From Candidatus Synechococcus spongiarum SP3 (GTDB lineage: Bacteria > Cyanobacteriota > Cyanobacteriia > PCC-6307 > Cyanobiaceae): a stretch of 64,000 bases of DNA. The stretch is taken from contig JXQG01000002.1 of assembly GCA_001007665.1 (NCBI GenBank), positions 14,639-78,638 of the forward strand, written 5' to 3'. The stretch's first letter is position 1. Each line of letters starts with the position of its first letter. This document shows, in pieces, positions 18,337 to 29,549 of this stretch. The notes below the pieces were generated by a model. The model saw only the letters and a program-made list of their open reading frames with translations. It did no database searches and was not told the origin of the DNA. Both the position numbers and the translations under genes were made by a program.

Positions 18337-20106
18337 TCAGCCGGCGGCGCCATGGGCAGGCAGCAGGTTGTCCAACACCACAATGCTGTCAATGACCCGG
18401 TAGGCTACGGGCAAGGCCACAGTGGAGCCATAGGTCTCCTCTCCCCGGGGTTCGTCCACCAACACCAACACCACGAAGCGGGGATGCTCCGTCGGCAGGT
18501 ACGCCACGAAGCTTGTGACGACCGCCTCCGGGTCGTAGCGGCCATGGCGCGCCTTCTGGGATGTTCCCGTTTTACCGGCTGCGGGATAGGGGTGGATCCT
18601 GGCCACGGGCACCTGCGCCAGCGTGGTGGCCGCCTCCATCCAGTTGCGCACGGTGGCGGTGGATGCCTCCTGGAAGATGCGTTTGCGCCAGGGAGGCCGG
18701 GTGGCGGTCTGCATGGTGTCCACGTTGTGCAGACCCCGAACAACATGGGGCCGCACCAGCCAGCCGCCGTTGGCCAACGCGGCATGGAGTTGGAGCAGTT
18801 TGAGGGGGGTGAGGGCAATCCCCTGGCCAAAGGATACCGTGGCGGCGTGGATGGGATGGGAACGGAAGGTCTGCGAGGATTTCAGTCGGCCCGCTGTGGC
18901 GCCTGGCAGATCCGTATCGGGCACCTGTTCAATCTCCAGCTTGCGGAGCCGCTGCCAGTAGCGCTCCCGGGGCAGCCGCAGCATGGTCTTAACCATGCCC
19001 ACGTTGCTGGACACCTGCAGCAGCTGCGGCATGGTGATCACACCGTGAACGGCGCCCTGGTTGTTGCGAATCTTCCAGGACCCCACGTCAACACTGCCCG
19101 TATCCTGCACCGTACTGTTCCCGTGGATCAGGCCCTCCTCAAGGGCAATGACCAGGTTGATGGGCTTGAAGGTGGAGCCCGGCTCGTAGAGGTCCTCCAC
19201 GGACCACTCACGGAACTGCCGGGGTTGGGCCTGCCAGAAACGGCTGGGGTCATAGCTGGGCTGTGACGCCAGAGCAAGGAGTTCTCCGTTATGCACATCC
19301 ATCACCATCACCGCACCCCGCGTGGCTTGCCATTCCTCCATCGCTGCCGATAGTGCGGTATGGGCAGCCCGCTGCAGACGGGTGTCCAGGCTCAACTGCA
19401 ATTGCATGGCATCGTCCTGGATGGCGCCCATGGGCAAATGGATGGGCAGCACTACCCGATCCCCACTGTGCAGGAGCCATGGGCTGCGTTCCCCTTTCAG
19501 CAGTTGGGCGTTGCGACTCAGCTCCAGACCCGCCTGGGGTTGGCGCTCCAGATTCAGGAAGCCCACCACATTGGCGAAGAGTTCACCTTGGGGATAACGC
19601 CGCTGGGGGTAGACCTCCACGTCAATGCCACTGATGCCCAGGGCTTTCACCGACTCCCCCTTCTCCAGGCTGAGGTGTTCCAGCAGGCGGATGCCACTGG
19701 CTTGTCCCAGGAGGCGTCGCTCCAGCTCAGTGGGCAGCAGGTTCAGGACCGGGGCGAGCCGCTGGCTCACCTCTGCTACGGAGCGCTGCTGGCCGTCCCG
19801 GTCACCGGGAAATTGAAAATACACAGGGTGGGCCCAGATCCGTGCCCGCATCTCATCCCAGGCCAGCATCTCCCCTTGACGATCAACAATGGGCCGTCGC
19901 ATGGCGAAGGACTGGGCCGAGGGAATCTGACGGGAGCGGGCCTGTTGAGCAAGCACGTCCCCTTGCATCAACTGGAGCCAAAACAGCCGTCCCGCAAGAC
20001 CCAGAACAGGCAACAGCAGCAGCAGGAACACCAACACAAGCCGTATCTGCGTGGAGGCTGTCGGCCTGGGGCGCTGCGGGTATGGACGTGAGCGACCCAA
20101 ATTCAA
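18337..20106 (-). CDS. ftsI: Penicillin-binding protein (peptidoglycan D,D-transpeptidase, FtsI/PBP2 class)
   Basis: N-terminal TM helix, STFKP (SxxK), SSN and KTGT motifs. Length is 589 aa. Confidence 0.9.
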   Translation of the reverse strand: MNLGRSRPYPQRPRPTASTQIRLVLVFLLLLLPVLGLAGRLFWLQLMQGDVLAQQARSRQIPSAQSFAMRRPIVDRQGEMLAWDEMRARIWAHPVYFQFPGDRDGQQRSVAEVSQRLAPVLNLLPTELERRLLGQASGIRLLEHLSLEKGESVKALGISGIDVEVYPQRRYPQGELFANVVGFLNLERQPQAGLELSRNAQLLKGERSPWLLHSGDRVVLPIHLPMGAIQDDAMQLQLSLDTRLQRAAHTALSAAMEEWQATRGAVMVMDVHNGELLALASQPSYDPSRFWQAQPRQFREWSVEDLYEPGSTFKPINLVIALEEGLIHGNSTVQDTGSVDVGSWKIRNNQGAVHGVITMPQLLQVSSNVGMVKTMLRLPRERYWQRLRKLEIEQVPDTDLPGATAGRLKSSQTFRSHPIHAATVSFGQGIALTPLKLLQLHAALANGGWLVRPHVVRGLHNVDTMQTATRPPWRKRIFQEASTATVRNWMEAATTLAQVPVARIHPYPAAGKTGTSQKARHGRYDPEAVVTSFVAYLPTEHPRFVVLVLVDEPRGEETYGSTVALPVAYRVIDSIVVLDNLLPAHGAAG

Positions 20107-20594
20107 TAGCCTCGCAAAACAGCACCGGCACTGAACCAGCGGGCCGGGTTCTCCAACAGTGACCGGCGCTTCAACTGTCGGTTCGGGGGTGGCGGAAGCA
20201 GCAGCGGTTCGGAGTCTTGACGGACGGAAAGATCACCCTGCTTCGTGGGCCCGGAGGCATCAATCATGCCCAGGGCGGCCATGAGCCGGGACCGGGAGTC
20301 CAAGAGCAGTTGCTGCGTGGTGAGCGCGTCCTGGAGGGCTGTGTAGGTGCGGCTCATGTTGAAGCGCACCTGCAGCTCCAGAACACAGAGGACGGAGGAG
20401 AGCAGCAAGGACACCAGGAGCGCACGGTTGGCCAGCCAGTGGATGCCACCCAACCCTGGTGGGGTGGGGCTGGCGTCTGGAACAGGGGCGGTCCGTCTGA
20501 CGCCGTGGGACCAGCGCTGGCGGCGGCTGCGCCTGGAGACCGATGACAATGCCATGGGGCGACCAGCGGATTTCCGAGGGACAGCCTTTCCCAT
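20103..20594 (-). CDS. Hypothetical single-TM protein upstream of ftsI (FtsL-like by position)
   Basis: Its stop overlaps the ftsI start by 4 nt. It has a TM segment ALLVSLLLSSVLCVLEL followed by a short helical region. The start is uncertain. Confidence 0.4.
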   Translation of the reverse strand: MGKAVPRKSAGRPMALSSVSRRSRRQRWSHGVRRTAPVPDASPTPPGLGGIHWLANRALLVSLLLSSVLCVLELQVRFNMSRTYTALQDALTTQQLLLDSRSRLMAALGMIDASGPTKQGDLSVRQDSEPLLLPPPPNRQLKRRSLLENPARWFSAGAVLRGY

Positions 20595-20595
20595 A

Positions 20596-22122
20596 TCACA
20601 GGCTCAGGAGCACGAGGTTGGCAAGGGTATACCCATTCCACATGGCATGCATCAGGACACAGGCACTCAGGCGTCCGCCCCTCAACCGCAGCCAGCCCAA
20701 GCCCAAGCCCAGGATCAGGAGGGGGAAAAACTCAACCAGACTCAGATGGGCCGCGGCAAACAGCAGACTACTCAGCAGAACACCAACCCCAGCCCCACAG
20801 GATCCGACCATGGTGGGCAGCACCGTGGCGCGGAAGACCAGTTCCTCGTAGAGGGGCGCCAGAAGACAGGCCGTCAGGGCAAAGAACATCAACGCCGTCA
20901 GGTCCCGACTGTTCAGCACCAGATCCAGCAGCGGGTTGCTGCCGCCCCCATGGGGGAACAGGCGGGACACCCCCCAACTGGTCAGCAGCACCAGCGGCAG
21001 GCTGAGCAGGAGTCCCCCCAGCGCCATGGCAAGAGATCTCCAGCCCAGATTCCATTGCAGCCATTGCCAGCCGGATTGCCCTTCGCTGCGCCGTAACCAA
21101 CGCAGAACCGCTAGCCCTGGCAGGGCCTGCGCCCCATAGACCAGCATGGTGGCCATGGCCTGCCCTGTGCTGCCGCTGGCCCGTATCCAGGGCTGCAGTG
21201 CCGACAGCGCCAGGACGCCACCCCCATTGCCCAACACCACGACACCGCCAAAGAAAAACAACATCAGCGCGGGAGTGGTCAGGGGAGCCGCCATGGGTTG
21301 GGAGGGTGGCGCTTGGGAGGGTGGGCGTTGGGATTGATTCCGAGACCACAGCCAACGTCCCAACTGCGCCAGCCAGAGGAGGATGCCCGCCAGAGCCGCC
21401 AGCGGCCCCACCAGACCCACCAGAACAAGGCGCACCAGAGCGCCACCATGGGACCCATGGCAGAAGGGGTGGTTCAGATCCAGGACGGAACAGGCCAGGG
21501 ACTGGTAGAGGGGATGGTGGGGTAGCGCATCCTCAAGGGCTTCAGGCGCCAGGTCCTGCAGCCGGGCGACCGTCGTCGGATTCCCGTCTGCCCGTTGCAG
21601 GAGGGCCTGCTGAAGAACGACCGCCGCTGAGGACTCCTCCTGCCCCACCGCGGGAGGCGGACTCTCCAGCAGAGCACGGGCCTGCTCCGGCTGGCGAGTG
21701 GCCAGCAGCACCAGCACCTGGCGCAGCCGCAAGTCGCGGTCTGTGGTGGTTGCGTTGTCCCGACGTTGCCGGAGGACGTCCGCCAGGTTCTGGAGGGTGT
21801 CAGCGCCAAAGAGTTGACGGCTGAGCAGAGGAGCACCCCGGCCTGGGGGAAAAGTGAAGTTCCCCTTGTCCACTGCCTGGCTGGCCAGTGCCTGTAGTTC
21901 CAGTTGCCGTTGCTCCACCACACCCTGCACGGAGGGTCTCTCCAAGCTGCCCAGCAGCGATGGTCCCCAGAACACAAAGATGGTCAGCACCAGGCTGACG
22001 GCCAGGAGCAGGTTCTGCAAATCCCCGGTCCACTTCAACCGGGGGAGGCGGGGCGTCTGGTTCACGGAACTGGGGCACTCACGCCATTCTCCATCGGCAC
22101 ATCGGTGGTATGGGGAGCCCAT
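20596..22122 (-). CDS. CPBP (CAAX/Abi) family intramembrane metalloprotease with a long N-terminal extension
   Basis: The C-terminal domain has LYEELVFRATVLP (EExxxR), FAAAH and HAMWN motifs. The protein has multiple TM helices. Confidence 0.75.
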   Translation of the reverse strand: MGSPYHRCADGEWRECPSSVNQTPRLPRLKWTGDLQNLLLAVSLVLTIFVFWGPSLLGSLERPSVQGVVEQRQLELQALASQAVDKGNFTFPPGRGAPLLSRQLFGADTLQNLADVLRQRRDNATTTDRDLRLRQVLVLLATRQPEQARALLESPPPAVGQEESSAAVVLQQALLQRADGNPTTVARLQDLAPEALEDALPHHPLYQSLACSVLDLNHPFCHGSHGGALVRLVLVGLVGPLAALAGILLWLAQLGRWLWSRNQSQRPPSQAPPSQPMAAPLTTPALMLFFFGGVVVLGNGGGVLALSALQPWIRASGSTGQAMATMLVYGAQALPGLAVLRWLRRSEGQSGWQWLQWNLGWRSLAMALGGLLLSLPLVLLTSWGVSRLFPHGGGSNPLLDLVLNSRDLTALMFFALTACLLAPLYEELVFRATVLPTMVGSCGAGVGVLLSSLLFAAAHLSLVEFFPLLILGLGLGWLRLRGGRLSACVLMHAMWNGYTLANLVLLSL

Positions 22123-22337
22123 TGGCGCCGGGATCGCATCTCCGACTCACCCGTGTGCCGTGAAGCGTTGTGAGGGCAGTGGCCAAGGCTGGTCCTGTCG
22201 GCCGGCTGGCCACCACAAACCGGCGTCACGTGCGTCGTCTTGCGCAGAGCAGATCAGTTATTGGCCAAACTCCACTCCTTTGCCGACATCCAGGGACAAT
22301 ACAAAAAAACCGCTCTGCTCCGGTTGAGAAGGCTGTC

Positions 22338-22529
22338 TCAAGACGGGCCCAAGGCACTCCAGAGGGTGGCTTGATGGGGGATGACGGCGTTGTCGCTGGC
22401 CAGAGGGGCCGAGGCGATGATCTGAACAGCAAAGGAGACCACCACAAAGCCGGAGAGGAAAGCGAGGGCAGCGCCGAGGGCTCTGGATCCCTGGTCTGTG
22501 GCGTGCCCAGTGGTAACGCTTTTGGGCAT
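22338..22529 (-). CDS. Small hypothetical membrane protein
   Basis: 63-aa ORF with the TM segment ALGAALAFLSGFVVVSFAVQIIA. On the minus strand it is followed by a short stem (aaccg/cggtt) plus a T-run at about 22300-22325. Confidence 0.3.
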   Translation of the reverse strand: MPKSVTTGHATDQGSRALGAALAFLSGFVVVSFAVQIIASAPLASDNAVIPHQATLWSALGPS

Positions 22530-22564
22530 GGATCAGACAGCAAGCTCTGCCCATCATCAGGGCC

Positions 22565-23290
22565 TCAACTGAGCCACTGTTGCGACGGATACAGAATGTC
22601 ACGGGATGGCTCCATCCAGGTTGTGTCTCGAAGATGTTTGCCCAGAAAGGCTGTGCCGTGCTTCTGCACCTCAGCCGCACCAGGGGCATGGATCATGTCC
22701 CTGGCGTCCGCTCTCCATTCCTCATGCATGGGCATGGGCGCATGGGCCAGCAGGTTGCGGTGCTTGTGAGCCGTGCAGCGCGACCTTGGCAAGGTCTTCA
22801 CCCCAGACGGGGCAAGTGCAGCCTCAAGATCCGGCGACCCATCCATGATCACCAGCGCGGGCTGCTTCAGACCACGGGCATCAACATCCTCGATGCACTG
22901 GCGCTGTGCGCCCTCTCCCATGTTGCCGGCGGAGGGAAGAACCTTCTGCCCATCCCGTCGCACACCGAATAGTGGCCAGCACCGAGATGGTGACGGCTTT
23001 CTTCCTTCTCCAGCCGTGGCTTGCTGACAGTGCCGTCCAGGATCAGGCGCATCACGGCCTTGCTGACGGCTCCCTTGAACGTGCCCAAGCCTCTCTTCGC
23101 TTCGCCGCGTATTGGGGCCTGCCAGATCCACCGATGCCACCGATGCAGTGAATGCCTCGGCCCACTTGCTCATGCGTTGGTGGCGTCCCAGAGCCTTGGA
23201 GCGCCGTTTGCTGCGGTTGCCTTCGCCGCTTCAAGCGTACTGCGGATGCTCGTACGCAGTCGGCCCTCAATTGAATTGCAACCCCCTTCA
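22565..23290 (-). pseudogene. IS256-family (mutator-type) transposase remnant
   Basis: RGLKQPALVIMDGSPDLEAAL...RCTAHKHRNLLAHAP...AFLGKH..PSQQW matches the IS256 DDE core. Upstream parts (RLILDGTVSKPRL.., ..DGQKVLPSAGNMGEGAQRQCIEDV) lie in other frames. Both ends are truncated. Confidence 0.65.
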
Positions 23291-23406
23291 CAAGCCAGCA
23301 GAGACAGCCTGCTCCCCCTGTAGCCTTTGTGACGGCGTGATCTTCTTAGTGGTTGTAGCCGCCAGTCCGGTGGTTTGCGTTAGCCGGAGATGACGCACCC
23401 TTCCAT

Positions 23407-23699
23407 TGGGTCTTACGTACGTAAGTGCCAAAGATCTAAAAAGACTCTCTAGCACAGGCTTGTCAGCAAGAGCTTTCATGACGGGACTGAAGGTGAAGTA
23501 ATGTAGGCCACCTGATGGTTTCTCTGTATGAAGCGATTGGCATGACAACATGGGCGTCATGCTTGACGGTGATTGGGTTGAAGAGCGGCGCCAGCGACCT
23601 TGTTGTCTTTGAGACCAGAATGAGATCTATAACGTTACCGCCAAAAGCAAGTTCTGATCGGGGATTTCAGCGCTTCGGCATTATTACATGTAAGCCCCA
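23407..23699. mobile_element. MITE-like element, copy A (about 293 bp) with imperfect terminal inverted repeats
   Basis: Colinear with 61471-61764, roughly four-fifths identical by eye. The left end is TGGGTCTTACGTACG and the reverse complement of the right end is TGGGGCTTACATGTA. A conserved internal hairpin gcatgac-N9-gtcatgc lies at 23540-23562. Confidence 0.6.
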
Positions 23700-24444
23700 T
23701 TGAAGAGGTGCCACATTCTCCCATCACCAACCGATCAACTCAAGGTATCTCAGCCGCTTAACTATCCCAGCCACCATCCTAAGCATCATATCCACGGTAT
23801 CCAGGACGCGAATGCTGTGGCGACCTGCAAACTCACTCACATGGCGGTTCAGGCGCTCAGGGCTGATCTTGTGGAAGATGGCTTGATAGCCACGTTTCAG
23901 CATGGACCAAAACGACTCGATACCGTTGCGTTTTTCATGGGACATAGGCTTGCGTTGGCCACCAATGAAGGTTTCATCAGCTTCGATAGGTCCATATGGC
24001 ATAGAGTGATGCTTGGCGTTGGCATTGACATTGGTAGAACCAGAATGAGGGCAAATGATTCCTTCAGGCCAACGAGCATCAACAAACCATGCCTCTGCTG
24101 TTGCATCATCAGGAAATTTCTGAATTAGCTGAATGAGCGTGATTCCTTCATGGTGCGACTCACCTGGGCCTGTATGACTCACACTTTCGAGAGAATACCT
24201 GAGAGCTACTATAAGCTAGGTGTGACTGATTGTCAAGTGCTCTATGCTACAAAATGGCTGATTGCTTCAGATTCGAATAAAATTCATTTGGAAAAATTGA
24301 GTTAATTATATTTGGAAAACGCTGATTAGTCATTTGGAAAAAATGTTAATTTTGGATAATACAAATTACTCAAAAATGTGTCTAAGTTGAGCCCCATGAG
24401 ACTTCAGTGGTGAAGAGGGCGGCCACTTGTATATGTAAGCCCCC
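23700..24444 (-). mobile_element. IS1595-family element remnant carrying a 152-aa internally deleted transposase (23724-24182)
   Basis: The ORF keeps the Zn-ribbon region (FPDDATAEAWFVDARWPEGIICPHSGS), IEADETFIGG and NGIESFWSMLKRGYQAIFHKISPERLNRHVSEFAGRH, but lacks the central DDE core. The right terminus ...atatgtaagcccc at 24444 matches the MITE right ends. Confidence 0.65.
24285..24360. repeat. AT-rich block with four spaced TTTGGA(A/T)AA repeats
   Basis: catttggaaaaa (24285), tatttggaaaac (24309), catttggaaaaaa (24331) and ttttggataat (24350), spaced about 18-24 bp apart. The block lies inside the IS remnant, upstream of the transposase ORF. Confidence 0.5.
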
Positions 24445-24662
24445 TTGACCTCTCCACGGACCTGGTCGATGCGCCCGTTGAGTTCGGTGCGGACGGCCTT
24501 GGTTTGGCCACTGAGCCGTTCTTCCACCCGCTCAATGCGGCCGTTGGTCCCCATGGGCCCCTCAATCCGACCTCTCACCTGGCCGGACAGGCGGATCTGG
24601 AGGCCCATCAGGGCAACACCTATGCCAAAGATCGAAAACAGAACGCCGAAGGGCATGGCCAT
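24366..24662 (-). pseudogene. Small TM plus coiled-coil protein (paralog family, copy 2), 3' end replaced by the IS terminus
   Basis: MAMPFGVLFSIFGIGVALMGL (TM) is followed by repeated GRIE/NGRI units. From codon ..EVKG|AYIYKW the sequence is the IS1595-type terminal repeat (24444 and below). Confidence 0.45.
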
Positions 24663-25359
24663 AGTCGACGTGAATCCACACTAAGGGAGGATTCCCAACA
24701 CGGGAGCAAGGCCGTTGCTCAGAAATCCCTTCACCGGGTCCATCTCCACCAGAGCGTTGAACCATGCCGGCCGAGGCAGGGTAGGACGCGGTAGCGCCCG
24801 GTGTCTCCCCATCGCTGTGTGGCGCTGGGTATCCTCAACCACGTCTTGTCTTGCCGTCACTGGGCTGCCTTGGCCGGACAGATGGATCCGGGTGTCCAAC
24901 GGTCTCCTCAATGTGCGAAGGGGATGAAGAAGGGGTTGGGCTGGGTCCAGCCGGCCGCCGGCTTGCGACAAGGCAAATACCGAGGACAAGGCAGTGTAAG
25001 TGGTGTCTTTTTGCTCCACATGACCCCCTATGACAGGGTCTACCTCGACAACATCCTCAAAGCCAAGGTGGCCGTAGCATGACCAGCGCAATCGCTCCCA
25101 TCCGAGACTCTAGACTTGGCGCCGGTGGAATGACGATCAGCCGCTAACGATGCCAATCCCCATCCCGCCAACGCCAACGGGCTTCCTGCTCAACTCTAAT
25201 CACAACAATTTCTGATGCTCCGTCTCCGCCCAAGGGCAAAATTGATCCTCCTCGATGGCCTTTCAACAAGCTCTTACGGATTTTCTCCATCCCCACCCTG
25301 GGAAGGAGAAGGAGAAGCGGGCGGGCCTCAAAACAACTATTGCCTCCTCGATCCACGTG

Positions 25360-26670
25360 TCAGCCGCTGGGGCATGGCTGCACCAAGTCATGGTTCCTGA
25401 TCTGATGGTTGATCAGCCAGGTGGAAACACCAAACTCCAGGCCCAGGCCACGGATGACGTCTTCCTCCGCCTCCCGGCCGGCAAGGCGTGCGCGCAGGGA
25501 TTCGGCCGGGGCCAGGAGTTCTGCCGCAAAGGCCCTGGATTGCGCTTGGCGCGCCGTATCCATGGACGTGAGAACGCCCAAACCAGCTTCTGATCGCCCC
25601 ATGTAATCGCCCAGGGCACGGGCACAGAGAAATCGCGCAGCGTCCGCCCCCCGGCTTGCGATCACACAGGCTGGCGCACCTGCTGCGACAAGGCCTTCCA
25701 TGCGGCTGGACGGCATGGAGATTTCCTGGTGATGCAAGGCAGGTTGCCCTGACGATGCAAAATCAAACCAGCCGTTGCCACAGCCCAAGTCATGGCGCAG
25801 GGACCTGGCCAAGGCGTAGCCCCGCCGCCATGGTTGGGCTATCGGCAGATCCGGCAATCTATGGCGCAACCCACGGCGGATGGCTGCCCATTCGTTCCCG
25901 CTTCCAGCGTCCTCCCGCTCAAGTATCTTCCGTGTTTCATCCAGCCATGGGGAAGCATTGGGGAGGGTTGCTTCCTCCAGGCTCGCCAGCATGTCCTCGC
26001 GGATGGCAGGCTCGGTGCGTTCCCAGAATGCAGTGATTGCCTCTGCCGCCTCCTGGTGAACAGCAAAAGGATCCACCCCGAGCAGTGCGGCGGCGCGGCA
26101 GAACTCATGCTCATCAGGGTCGAGGGTCTTGATGGCTTCCCATGGGTCCTGAAGATGGGAGATGACCGAATCCTGCCGATGGCCAAAGCTGCGCAGTCGA
26201 TCGAGAACGGCCTCAACAATCCTTTCCAGTTCCGCCTGCAATTGATCACGGGTAACGGGTGCCTCCCCCTCCGCCACAAACTCGATCCGGGCATGTTGAG
26301 GCTGCCAGGGGGTCCATCGCAACTGCTGCATACCGCCCACCGACGGAGCCATGGTCAGCTTGGGAAAGAGAAATCCGTCTCCGGCAAACGCCAGGTTATG
26401 CCGCTGTTCAAAGCCGGTCTTCTGCCTGGTCATGTCCGCAGTCGCGCCTGGAACCTCGTGTTGGATGTGGCACCAGTTACCAATCACCCATTCCGCCACG
26501 CCGAGGAGAGGCACCACAATATGGTCTCGACGAGCATCACTTCTGCGATCACGCACGGACGTCACCGCTGCCTCGTTCACATGAATCCACAACTGCGCCA
26601 TGGTCTGCCCCATGGCCACGTCCGGTGAGGGAGCAGCGTTCACCCAGTCGAATGTAAAGCAGACCGTCAT
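25360..26670 (-). CDS. Uncharacterised 436-aa protein with a degenerate ImmA/IrrE-like C-terminal domain
   Basis: The C-terminus ..ARFLCARALGDYM...SRAFAAELLAPAESL...GLEFGVSTWLINHQI follows the ImmA/IrrE (HExxH...FAxELLxP) layout, but HExxH is replaced by ARALGD. I do not recognise the N-terminal 300 aa. Confidence 0.6.
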   Translation of the reverse strand: MTVCFTFDWVNAAPSPDVAMGQTMAQLWIHVNEAAVTSVRDRRSDARRDHIVVPLLGVAEWVIGNWCHIQHEVPGATADMTRQKTGFEQRHNLAFAGDGFLFPKLTMAPSVGGMQQLRWTPWQPQHARIEFVAEGEAPVTRDQLQAELERIVEAVLDRLRSFGHRQDSVISHLQDPWEAIKTLDPDEHEFCRAAALLGVDPFAVHQEAAEAITAFWERTEPAIREDMLASLEEATLPNASPWLDETRKILEREDAGSGNEWAAIRRGLRHRLPDLPIAQPWRRGYALARSLRHDLGCGNGWFDFASSGQPALHHQEISMPSSRMEGLVAAGAPACVIASRGADAARFLCARALGDYMGRSEAGLGVLTSMDTARQAQSRAFAAELLAPAESLRARLAGREAEEDVIRGLGLEFGVSTWLINHQIRNHDLVQPCPSG

Positions 26671-26999
26671 GGCAACCCTTGGACCTCCTGTTGGGGCTGG
26701 AGCGGATAACCGTGGTATTCACCAGAGCCTGGTGAACCCTCACGGGCTTCGTAGATGGTTTCTCCGTCTTGATCCCGATACCAGACTTTGCGGGGATATT
26801 TCTCTCCCCAACCACCAGCATGACCAGCTTCCACCGCCTGCCGAAGCCAGGCTTCGAGAAGATCAACACCAAGCGGCGGATCCTCCACCTTACGTGGCTT
26901 TGGATTGTTCCTTGGCATCCTTTGCCGCGGCCTCCTCACCATGGATTTCCCATCAGGTTCCCTCCCAATCCTGGAGGAGCCCTGTTGTTTCGCCAGCAT
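26667..26999 (-). CDS. Small basic hypothetical protein, translationally coupled to the 436-aa gene
   Basis: Its stop overlaps the downstream start by 4 nt. The C-terminal half is ..GGWGEKYPRKVWYRDQDGETIYEAREGSPGSGEYHGYPL. The start is uncertain: ATG at 26999, 26942 or 26918. The track start at 27104 overlaps the SH3-like gene. Confidence 0.45.
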   Translation of the reverse strand: MLAKQQGSSRIGREPDGKSMVRRPRQRMPRNNPKPRKVEDPPLGVDLLEAWLRQAVEAGHAGGWGEKYPRKVWYRDQDGETIYEAREGSPGSGEYHGYPLQPQQEVQGLP

Positions 27000-27052
27000 A
27001 CGTGAAACACCTCGAACAATTGTCACAAGCCCCCGCACCCGCTGAAGCCGTG

Positions 27053-29484
<2,432 letters not shown>

Positions 29485-29549
29485 CTACCAATCTTACCAT
29501 CGGGCTTCGCAGACCTGATGGCGGCGTCCCGGAAGTGCGGAGTTTTCCC

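Noticed and set aside
23288-23560. 90-aa ORF and its 74-aa counterpart at 61400-61624, considered as a conserved small protein
   Set aside because: Amino-acid conservation is no better than the DNA identity of the MITE copies. The ORFs run off the element ends into unrelated sequence.
24681-25091. 136-aa minus-strand ORF between the coiled-coil gene and the 436-aa gene
   Set aside because: It has no recognisable domain, overlapping ORFs occur in other frames, and its composition is typical of non-coding high-GC sequence. It may be decayed DNA, but I cannot support a call.
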